Below, in pieces: positions 33,320 to 41,389 of a stretch of DNA of 51,957 nt (the stretch's first letter is position 1; each line of letters begins with the position of its first letter). Made by a program: the position numbers and the translations under genes. Under the pieces are notes generated by a model. That model saw only the letters and a program-made list of their open reading frames with translations, had not been told where the DNA came from and did not search any database. This DNA is from an uncultured bacterium (GTDB lineage: Bacteria; Fidelibacterota; Marinisomatia; Marinisomatales; AB-629-J13), in NCBI GenBank assembly GCA_964496365.1, contig CAZBZK010000005.1:1-51957 (forward strand), written 5' to 3'.

Positions 33320-34683
33320 GAAAATGCCTCCACAGAAATTTTTGCAGGTTTTAAGGTATTTTTGGTTACCTTCACCCAGTCGCTAATTTGGTGACCACAT
33401 ACCCAAGCGATTTTATGGTCAGCAGTCAATACAAGTTGATTAGATTTATCAAATCGATTTACTTTATTGTCAATCAATAAATCGCTTATTTTTTTCTTTC
33501 CCTTCATACCTAATGGTTGAAACCAGTCTCCATGTTTCCAATGCCGTAATTCCAATTTTTTATTCTGAATCATACCACCATCAATAATGACAATATGTTT
33601 GTTTATGTTAACAATTTTTGCGGGTGTGGTAGTCCATTCCCAATTAAAAATATATGGGTCACAAATGGTTTTTCCATTCGGAATGATTTCCATTAATACG
33701 TCCTCTGTCTTTCCAAGTTTTGATAATACCCATTCATTTCTATTGTTTAAAATACATTTACTTGATTTCGTGGTAAATATATCCCCCGTACTTGATTTTT
33801 TTATAAAGGATTTTAATGCTGTCCATTGGTGCTGCCTCCATTGATTATCATCCCCATCCAAACAGCGTTTAATCAGTTCATATCGAATAAATGACGGGAG
33901 TTGGTTTAGATCTACTTTCGAAATAATTTGTTCAGTATTATTTGGATTTTTTTGTACAATTTTTTTTACAAAATATTCGATGGTAAACTTTACTGAATCC
34001 AAAAGTTCAATGATATGTTCACTTGTTTTAATTATTCGATTCTCAATATTTTTTTCTTGTATTTCCCAAGGTTTCAATAGATTATGTCTTATAAAGTTTC
34101 TGGGAATTGACGTATTTATATTAGTCTCATCTTCAACATATGGTAGGTTATGTATTTCAGCATAATGTATCAACTCTTGTTTAGAAAATTGAAGTAATGG
34201 TCTTCTAATTAAATTAAATTTTGTATGGATACCTCTAAATCCCCGCACTCCTGTTCCTTGAGCTAGCCGCATTAAAATAGTTTCTGCTTGGTCAGATTTA
34301 TGGTGAGCAGTCAGAATATAATCTCCTTTCACTTTTTCACAAATTTTTTCCAACGCCTTGTACCGATAGGTTCTAGCCCATGCTTCAGTACTTTCATTTG
34401 ATTTTTTGAATTGTGGATCGAGAATTTCTATTTCGATTTGTAGATTCCATTTTTTTGCAATTTCACCCACAAACTGCATATCTCTTGCGGAATTTTCTCT
34501 TAGTCCATGATTCACATGTCCTAATGTTAATGTGTAAGAATAATCTCCTACCATATTTAAAAACAAATGGGAAAGAACGACAGAGTCAATTCCTCCTGAA
34601 AGTGCCAGGACCAAACGGGAGTTTTTAGGAACTGAATGATGAAATTCTGGATTATTTTTTAATTTTGCTAACAATGAAATCAT
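33316..34683 (-). CDS. tilS: tRNA(Ile)-lysidine synthetase
   Basis: ALSGGIDS PP-loop, HVNHGLR, TAHHKSDQAET, RPLL, RNFIRH and C-terminal GDWFQPLGM..KKKI. Confidence 0.96.
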   Translation of the reverse strand: MISLLAKLKNNPEFHHSVPKNSRLVLALSGGIDSVVLSHLFLNMVGDYSYTLTLGHVNHGLRENSARDMQFVGEIAKKWNLQIEIEILDPQFKKSNESTEAWARTYRYKALEKICEKVKGDYILTAHHKSDQAETILMRLAQGTGVRGFRGIHTKFNLIRRPLLQFSKQELIHYAEIHNLPYVEDETNINTSIPRNFIRHNLLKPWEIQEKNIENRIIKTSEHIIELLDSVKFTIEYFVKKIVQKNPNNTEQIISKVDLNQLPSFIRYELIKRCLDGDDNQWRQHQWTALKSFIKKSSTGDIFTTKSSKCILNNRNEWVLSKLGKTEDVLMEIIPNGKTICDPYIFNWEWTTTPAKIVNINKHIVIIDGGMIQNKKLELRHWKHGDWFQPLGMKGKKKISDLLIDNKVNRFDKSNQLVLTADHKIAWVCGHQISDWVKVTKNTLKPAKISVEAFS

Positions 34684-34695
34684 TCGGTTTTGTAA

Positions 34696-35340
34696 TTAAT
34701 TATGGTTATTGATCGATGTCAAAAATGGGTTGTGGATTAATTCATGTTTCATTGTCGTTTTTTCACCATGTCCAGGATGAATAACACATTCAGGATCTAA
34801 TTTATTTTTCAATTTTAAAATCGAATCCATCAAAGTATTATAATCTCCACCAGGTAAATCTGTTCGACCAATTGAACCGGCAAATAACGTATCTCCGCAA
34901 AAACAATGTCCATCCAAAACGAATGTAGTGCCTCCCGGTGTGTGTCCCGGAGTTTCTATATATTCCAATTTCATTCCTTCAAAATCAAATTCTCCTTCCC
35001 CCGAGATCCAATGATTTACTTCAGGCGTTTCTCCCGGTACCATACCAAACATACGGCACATATCTGGATAATGTTCCAGTATCCTTTTTTCTTCGGAATG
35101 AATGTAGAAAGGAATTGAAAATGTGTCCTTGATTTTTTTTACTCCACCCACATGATCTAAATGGGCATGGGTATTTAAAATAAGCTGAGGGTCCACATTA
35201 AGTTCATTGATTTTTCTAATAATTTTTTCCGGTTCATCTCCCGGATCAATTAAAAGAGCAGATTTTGACTCTTCCTGCCAAATAATAAAACTATTTTCTT
35301 GAAAGGGACCAACGGTAACAAAATCAACTACAATACTCAA
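34696..35340 (-). CDS. Metallo-beta-lactamase-fold hydrolase (glyoxalase II-like)
   Basis: THAHLDH, TPGHTPG, GDTLFAGSIGRTD, PGHG. Confidence 0.9.
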   Translation of the reverse strand: MSIVVDFVTVGPFQENSFIIWQEESKSALLIDPGDEPEKIIRKINELNVDPQLILNTHAHLDHVGGVKKIKDTFSIPFYIHSEEKRILEHYPDMCRMFGMVPGETPEVNHWISGEGEFDFEGMKLEYIETPGHTPGGTTFVLDGHCFCGDTLFAGSIGRTDLPGGDYNTLMDSILKLKNKLDPECVIHPGHGEKTTMKHELIHNPFLTSINNHN

Positions 35341-35366
35341 ATAAATGAACCATCGTTAGTCAGGGA

Positions 35367-36431
35367 TTAAATCCAGTTGTAATAAAATTCTGACATACAC
35401 TTAATTTTATCTTCATAAGATTTTGGATACATAAACCATTCAGTTGCGGCGATACTGCTTAAAAGTGAATTTCCATCTTGAGGAGTAAAGCAAAACCCGG
35501 TAATGTCTGTATTATTCTTAACATTGAGAGTTTGGGTAACAACGACGGTTTGATTTAAAATTCTACCAAAATGACCGTGGTCTCTTCCAAATGAAAACAC
35601 GGTACTTGTCATGTCCTTTTCGGTTAATGCAACCAACGGATTATTTTCCAATTTATCCATAACTTGGTTCATAGTGGTGGGTTCTTTGACTCTCAAATGA
35701 AACCATACCACGTGCATATATTGACTGGGCACTTTCATTGCAGATGAAAATAAATTTAGGTCCATATTTAACGTACTGAAAAGGCCAGCTGCATCTTCGG
35801 CATGGTGGCTTCCATAAATGGGATCGCTGTGTTTTCCTACTTGCGGGGAAGGAATAAATCCTCCCGGTTGACTAATATCGGTTGCTCGGCGAATGCAGAC
35901 AAAAATACCCTCTTTCAAGTTATCAGGATCGTTATTCACTGCCAATGTATCCGTAATACATGATAAGTTATGTGTGTTACAGGATACTATTTGAATAAAC
36001 TGATCTTCAGGCCTTAACGAATTATCATTTATACCATGGGCATATTTTTTTCCAAATCCATTTTCACTTCCTTGTGCTAAAAACCCCAAAACCGAATCAC
36101 TAAATTTTGAGTAGTATTTTTCCTTATTTCGGTGCCCTATTCCCTTGGGTGTGCAATCAATGACAACGGAAGATCTATTAATCACTTCCTCTGTTTCAAA
36201 GTCAGCTTCCATGCCCATGTCTTTAAATTGTTTCATTTTGTCCTCATCCACAGCCAATCTCGCACCTCTGTGCACCAAATCAATTACCTTTGATTTATCT
36301 GACTTTAATGGGGTGTTTTTATGGAAGGTAACATCATCGATGCCTAGCTGATCACGGAAATCACATAACAGCCCGATAAGGGGTTCACCGATAGTTCCAG
36401 TGCCAACAATATGTACGTTTCTTCTTTTCAT
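35367..36431 (-). CDS. Divergent homologue of archaeal-type (type II) glyceraldehyde-3-phosphate dehydrogenase
   Basis: GTGTIG Rossmann motif, VIDCTPKGIG..NK, AQGSE, IVSCNT (catalytic Cys), IRRATD, SHH, VP..YMH, FGRD, all colinear with archaeal GAPDH signatures. Confidence 0.75.
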   Translation of the reverse strand: MKRRNVHIVGTGTIGEPLIGLLCDFRDQLGIDDVTFHKNTPLKSDKSKVIDLVHRGARLAVDEDKMKQFKDMGMEADFETEEVINRSSVVIDCTPKGIGHRNKEKYYSKFSDSVLGFLAQGSENGFGKKYAHGINDNSLRPEDQFIQIVSCNTHNLSCITDTLAVNNDPDNLKEGIFVCIRRATDISQPGGFIPSPQVGKHSDPIYGSHHAEDAAGLFSTLNMDLNLFSSAMKVPSQYMHVVWFHLRVKEPTTMNQVMDKLENNPLVALTEKDMTSTVFSFGRDHGHFGRILNQTVVVTQTLNVKNNTDITGFCFTPQDGNSLLSSIAATEWFMYPKSYEDKIKCMSEFYYNWI

Positions 36432-36435
36432 TTGT

Positions 36436-36570
36436 TTACTCCCTGTCTGATTCGGGCAACCTCGAATTATAATACTTTTCTTTTCTTATTTGATAAAAAA
36501 ACCATGTTCCAAGAAATACAATAATGATTCCTAAACAAGCCACAAAATTAACCAAGAAATTATATATCAT
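36436..36570 (-). CDS. ccmD: Small single-TM protein, probable CcmD
   Basis: Not in the ORF track. 44 aa MIYNFLVNFVACLGIIIVFLGTWFFYQIRKEKYYNSRLPESDRE; its ATG lies just inside the 3' end of ccmC; hydrophobic helix followed by a charged tail. Confidence 0.6.
   Translation of the reverse strand: MIYNFLVNFVACLGIIIVFLGTWFFYQIRKEKYYNSRLPESDRE
36466..36471 (-). promoter_or_regulatory. Possible -10 element for the GAPDH-like gene
   Basis: Perfect TATAAT on the minus strand about 35 nt upstream of ATG 36431, with an AGGGAG Shine-Dalgarno at 36444-36439. Confidence 0.4.
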
Positions 36571-37234
36571 ATTTCTGAAAACTTTCACCTAATTTTAAAA
36601 CATTCATCCTAAATTTTATCATTATGGAATAAATACATATAAACGTAAAAAATGAAAACAATAACAAAGTCTGAATCAAAAAATCTGAATCTGACACAAC
36701 TGTCCTGGGAGGATGAGATTGAAATTCTGCTGCCCACATATCCACGGCAAAATAAATAATTGGAACGTCTGCAAAGGCAATGATTCCTAATACCGCAGCA
36801 ATTCGAGATACTTTTTCAGGATTCCCTCCAAATGTTCTAATCATAAAGTACCCAATGTAAATTAAAAATAAAATTAAAGTGGTGGTAAGTCTCGGCTCCC
36901 AACTCCATGCCTTGCCCCAAACTGGATGTGCCCATATAGGTCCCGTAATTAACACGATGGCCGTAAAAAAAGTACCGATTTCAGCAGCAGCCAACCCAAG
37001 TCGATCCCATCGTCTTTGATTATTCATCAAAAACATGACACCTGCAATCATCACAATAAAATAAGAAATGAATGCAATCCAAGCTGAGGGAACATGAAAA
37101 TAAAAAATCTTTTGAGCCCAATGTTGTTCAGGAATCATAGGAGAAAAAAAACTAACCAAAATGCAATTTGTGGAGAAAAGTATCACAATTAAAATCATAC
37201 TAATTTTTGGGATGGGTTTAGAAAAAAATAACAT
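36560..37234 (-). CDS. ccmC: Heme exporter / cytochrome c biogenesis protein CcmC
   Basis: IFYFHVPSAW, TGPIWAHPVWGKAWSWEPRLTT tryptophan-rich motif, second His in QSHPP. Confidence 0.92.
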   Translation of the reverse strand: MLFFSKPIPKISMILIVILFSTNCILVSFFSPMIPEQHWAQKIFYFHVPSAWIAFISYFIVMIAGVMFLMNNQRRWDRLGLAAAEIGTFFTAIVLITGPIWAHPVWGKAWSWEPRLTTTLILFLIYIGYFMIRTFGGNPEKVSRIAAVLGIIAFADVPIIYFAVDMWAAEFQSHPPRTVVSDSDFLIQTLLLFSFFTFICIYSIMIKFRMNVLKLGESFQKYDI

Positions 37235-37902
37235 TACTCTTCCAATAAATAATCAAATAATCCGTATCCCAATAATAAGAAAAGGATTCCGTACGTGGAT
37301 AAAATTAAGATCCATATTTGCCCTTCACCAATGGGAAGTCCCTGAATGGATGCCTGTGTTGCTTTGGTCAGAGATATAAGAACCGGCGCAAGAAGAGGGA
37401 ACATTAGTAAAGGGACAAGAACGTTATTCATTCTCGAACTTAAGGTCAATCCTGAAATAAATACACCCGTTGTGATTATACTAATATTCCCTAAACTAAT
37501 CAACCCACACATCACTAAGGGTTGTGTAAAAAATGATTGACTAAATATGAATCCCATCCACGGCAGGATAACAAACTCTACAATCATTAAAAGAGACACC
37601 CCTGCCACCGTTTTTGAAAGAAAAATCATTCCCCGATTCACTGGAGCTGACGACACCATGGAAATGGCGTTAAAATCTACATCATGGGAAAACATCCTGT
37701 TTATACCTAAAACAGACATGAATAAAATCATCATCCAAAAAAGCCCGGGTAATAAATTTGAATAATTATTCGCAGATAAATCAATTGAAAAAGCCAGAGT
37801 TGCACTAAGTACCAGTCCGAATGAAATCATGGAAAAAAATGCTTCTTTTGTCCGAAAATTAATTTTTAATTCGTGTAAAAACAGTAATTTAAACATGGAC
37901 AT
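37234..37902 (-). CDS. ccmB: Heme exporter permease CcmB
   Basis: About 6 TM helices, PGLFW, IFLSK, LVPLLMFPLLAPVLI; lies between ccmA and ccmC. Confidence 0.88.
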   Translation of the reverse strand: MSMFKLLFLHELKINFRTKEAFFSMISFGLVLSATLAFSIDLSANNYSNLLPGLFWMMILFMSVLGINRMFSHDVDFNAISMVSSAPVNRGMIFLSKTVAGVSLLMIVEFVILPWMGFIFSQSFFTQPLVMCGLISLGNISIITTGVFISGLTLSSRMNNVLVPLLMFPLLAPVLISLTKATQASIQGLPIGEGQIWILILSTYGILFLLLGYGLFDYLLEE

Positions 37903-38551
37903 TCAATTTCCCCACTGGATTAAGCTTAACGTGGGTTTCATCTAACCCAATGTACCAACTGCAATGTGTTTTTACCCATTCATTTGAATGATGAACTAAT
38001 AGGATTGTCCTCCCTTTTTTTATCCAATTTTGAATGTGTGCCTCGAAGTAAGATGTTCCCGATTTGTCTAATCCGTTTAATGGCTCGTCGAACAAAAGAA
38101 GATTCCAAGGTATAAGTAGAGCTAAGGCAATTTTTAACCGTTGGATCATTCCTTGAGAATAAAATTGAACTGGTTTCTTTTTTGCATGCTCCAATCCTGA
38201 ATTTTCCAAAATATCTTCAATATTTCCTTGAGTCGGATTTAAACCATAAAGAGATGCACAAAACACTAAATTTTCAACACCAGTAAATGCGGAATAAAAT
38301 CCAGGGTGGTGCCCAAGATAAAGAAAATCTTTTCGTGAATTTGGATTAATTACACTTAATGATTTTGATCGGTACAACACCTTACCGTCATCTGCTATTA
38401 TTAACCCGGCTAATATTTTTAAAAGGGTTGTTTTCCCTGCCCCGTTTTTTCCCATTAATGCTACACAATCTCCATTTCGAATAGTAAAAGAAATATTCTT
38501 GAATAACGCCTTGTGGTAATAATATTTTGAAAGATTTTCAACCGAAAGCAT
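37889..38551 (-). CDS. ccmA: Heme exporter ATP-binding protein CcmA
   Basis: GKNGAGKTT, LYLGH, ENLVF, YSQGM, LFDEPLNGLD. Confidence 0.88.
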   Translation of the reverse strand: MLSVENLSKYYYHKALFKNISFTIRNGDCVALMGKNGAGKTTLLKILAGLIIADDGKVLYRSKSLSVINPNSRKDFLYLGHHPGFYSAFTGVENLVFCASLYGLNPTQGNIEDILENSGLEHAKKKPVQFYSQGMIQRLKIALALLIPWNLLLFDEPLNGLDKSGTSYFEAHIQNWIKKGRTILLVHHSNEWVKTHCSWYIGLDETHVKLNPVGKLNVHV

Positions 38552-38561
38552 CAGTTAGATA

Positions 38562-38834
38562 TCAGGTTTTATTTGCCAATTTTTCAAAAATTTCGGAAAT
38601 TTCTTTCTTTAACCGCAATCTGGATTCATGAAAATCTTCTTTTGAAATATTTCCCAATTCAAAGTCAAATTCCAGTTCTTTAATTTGTTTATAAATTATG
38701 TGTTTTTCTGTAGTAAGAGAGTGTATCTCATCCGAAGTTATTCTATCACTACCATCGGTAAATTCATTTATTAGAGGTTGAACTGCAAAAATCACAGACC
38801 CGACAAAAATCATTAAAATTAAAAAATATTCCAA
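38562..38834 (-). CDS. Small membrane protein resembling the CcmI/CycH N-terminal region
   Basis: N-terminal TM helix then IYKQIKELEFDFELGNISKEDF; GGAG RBS at 38844-38841; inside the ccm cluster. Confidence 0.6.
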   Translation of the reverse strand: MEYFLILMIFVGSVIFAVQPLINEFTDGSDRITSDEIHSLTTEKHIIYKQIKELEFDFELGNISKEDFHESRLRLKKEISEIFEKLANKT

Positions 38835-38965
38835 AAGTTACTCCGTTGAGCGTAGAAATTACAATACGAATCGTTTTAAGTCTAAAGAATGAATTCCGCT
38901 AAAAAATGAAAATAATTAAACATATTTTTTCACACTCGAACGCAATAACATTGAGGATGGTAAAG

Positions 38966-40939
38966 TCATTTTTTTCCCTTTCTTGATTTTGGATTAAACG
39001 CCACCAGAGCACCCATTGCCAAAACACATCCTCCTATCCACACCCAGCGAACTAACGGATTAATCATTATTTTAAAATAGGCTGTGTTTGTTGACGAATC
39101 CATCGCATTAAAAATTGAATAGACATCCTCATTTATCTTGCTGAAAATATCCAATTCGCTATGGGGTTGCCGTCTATTTTCATCAGAAGAGCGGTGGAAA
39201 TATATTCGTTTTTCGGGATGTAAATGTGTTATTATATTACCATGATTATTTCTCACTTTTAAATCCGCAACCCATGCAAGGTGATTGGGTCTCTCAATCT
39301 CTTCTACATGAATTAATTCAAAATTATATCCTCCCAATTGTTCACTTTGTCCCGGCAACAATCCGAATTCCTTTTCTTGGTTAAATGCTTGTCCTGTAAA
39401 ACCAACAAACATAAAAACGATCCCGACATGAACGATGTATCCACCATATCTACTTCGGTTTTGGGATATCATTTTTAACGATGAGGACAGTATAGATTCT
39501 TGGGTTTTCCCCATTCTAATTCTAATTCCTTGGATAAATTCTTCCCCAATTGCTGTCAAAACAAAAACACTCAAACTTAGCGTAATCAGTACATAATCTT
39601 TAAAACCAAAAACCCAAAATAATATCACAGCGATTATAAAATTCAAGATTGGAAGAAAAAAAGTCTTTTTCATGTTTTGTAGAGATGTTTTACGCCAAGC
39701 AAGTAAAGGCCCAATCCCTGTCAATCCTAATAAAAATAGTCCGATTGGAGTGTTCACCTGATTAAAAAATGGTGGACCCACGGTAATTTTTATATCGTTC
39801 ACTGCTTCAGATATCACCGGGAAAATAGTCCCCCAAAACACGGTAAAACAAAGAACAACAAAAATTACATTGTTAAATAAAAATCCACTTTCTCTCGATG
39901 AGAATGATTCAATTCGTTTTTCAGATTTGAGTGTGGGATAACGATAAATGATTAACAATGTAGAAACGATAATTAAAAAACCTACATAACCTAAAAACAA
40001 AGGTCCCAAAGAGGATCCTGTAAATGAATGAACTGAAGACATAACCCCGCTCCGGGTTAAAAATGTGCCAAAAATCGTGAGAATAAAAGTCAGCGATATT
40101 AAGATAACATTCCACAAACGTAACATATTCTTTTTTTCTTGTATCATAATCGAATGTATAAACGCAGTGCCGGTGAGCCATGGCATGAAGGAGGCATTTT
40201 CCACAGGATCCCAAGCCCAATAACCGCCCCATCCCAATTCTTGATAAGCCCACCAACCACCTAAAATAATCCCACAACTAAGAAAAAACCAGGCGACATG
40301 TGTCCATCGTCTAATGGTTTTTAATAACAATGTACTCGAGCTTCCCTTCAATAAACCGGCAACTACGAATGCAAAGGGTACGGAAAAACCAACATATCCA
40401 AGATATAAAGTTGGGGGATGAATTGCCATGGTCACATTTTGAAGGAGTGGGTTTAAGCCTAACCCGTTTGCCAAAATGAAATCAGCTTCAGTTGGTTTAA
40501 AGGGATTGGTAATAAAATTGGTTAGAAAAAGAAAAAATATTTGAATACTATTCAGAGCAACTATCACCCAAGGCATAACCCCACTGTGACGATTTTTATT
40601 TTGAATGAAAACAATCAAACAAAAAACGGACAAAACGGCTTGCCAAAATAGCAGAGAACCTGACTGACCTGCCCATAGAGCTGTTATTTTATAAAAAAAT
40701 GGGGTTTCTATCGATGTGTAATGAGCTACATAATCCACATTCAAATCACTTATTATTAACAGTCGAACCAAGACAATGGTGGCAAACAAACTAAGAATAT
40801 TAACCATGAGAGCCATATTTCTACCGGAATGGTAAAGGCGATTATCATTTGATTTTATAAAAATTAGTAGAAGAATAGAGGAAAGTATGCAAAAACCAAA
40901 TGCCAGGGTAAGTGCGGTACTACCGATAACCGGAGTCAT
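38966..40939 (-). CDS. ccmF: Cytochrome c heme lyase CcmF
   Basis: LWAGQSGSLLFW, GLNPLLQ..AIHPP, LGWGGYWAWDPVEN, LTRSGVMSSVHSF, YIVHVG. Confidence 0.96.
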   Translation of the reverse strand: MTPVIGSTALTLAFGFCILSSILLLIFIKSNDNRLYHSGRNMALMVNILSLFATIVLVRLLIISDLNVDYVAHYTSIETPFFYKITALWAGQSGSLLFWQAVLSVFCLIVFIQNKNRHSGVMPWVIVALNSIQIFFLFLTNFITNPFKPTEADFILANGLGLNPLLQNVTMAIHPPTLYLGYVGFSVPFAFVVAGLLKGSSSTLLLKTIRRWTHVAWFFLSCGIILGGWWAYQELGWGGYWAWDPVENASFMPWLTGTAFIHSIMIQEKKNMLRLWNVILISLTFILTIFGTFLTRSGVMSSVHSFTGSSLGPLFLGYVGFLIIVSTLLIIYRYPTLKSEKRIESFSSRESGFLFNNVIFVVLCFTVFWGTIFPVISEAVNDIKITVGPPFFNQVNTPIGLFLLGLTGIGPLLAWRKTSLQNMKKTFFLPILNFIIAVILFWVFGFKDYVLITLSLSVFVLTAIGEEFIQGIRIRMGKTQESILSSSLKMISQNRSRYGGYIVHVGIVFMFVGFTGQAFNQEKEFGLLPGQSEQLGGYNFELIHVEEIERPNHLAWVADLKVRNNHGNIITHLHPEKRIYFHRSSDENRRQPHSELDIFSKINEDVYSIFNAMDSSTNTAYFKIMINPLVRWVWIGGCVLAMGALVAFNPKSRKGKK

Positions 40940-41370
40940 AATTCTTCTAAATTATATGTATTCTCTGCTCTTAAATCCCCTTCGTATCTAGACGCACATT
41001 TTGTTTGCAAATTCTCGGCATAAAATATATCATTCTTAAAATTTCCTGTCACAATCACTTCGGCATTATCTTTGAACAAGTCGGGACGAACTCCAGTATA
41101 CTGAACGGGCAGATCATTGACTCCTTCTTGTAATAAAAATTTCACATTTAATTTATTTTGTTCAGAAATTTGAATGGACCCATTTTTGACCAAACCACCA
41201 AGTTTTACTTTTTTGAACACAGGATGAGCCTTCAACTCTGCAACGGATAGGAATTGAATGAGTCCTGACTGCTTGCCAATATTACCAGAAGAGACCCAAT
41301 ATATCCAAAAAAGGATGATACAGGATATTCCGGTGATTATTACAGTAAATTTTCTCTTTCCATGCGTCAT
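40936..41370 (-). CDS. ccmE: Heme chaperone CcmE, Cys-type (CxxxY)
   Basis: N-terminal TM helix, VKLGGLVKNGSI, YTGVRPDLFK, LQTKCASRY. Start placed at ATG 41370 because the track's start overlaps the upstream gene. Confidence 0.9.
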   Translation of the reverse strand: MTHGKRKFTVIITGISCIILFWIYWVSSGNIGKQSGLIQFLSVAELKAHPVFKKVKLGGLVKNGSIQISEQNKLNVKFLLQEGVNDLPVQYTGVRPDLFKDNAEVIVTGNFKNDIFYAENLQTKCASRYEGDLRAENTYNLEEL

Positions 41371-41389
41371 GTTTTGATCTCGATATTTA

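Noticed and set aside
38835..38965. A hidden ccmH or ccmG between ccmF and the ccmI-like gene
   Set aside because: All three minus-strand frames are closed by stops within the gap and no CxxC-containing frame was found.
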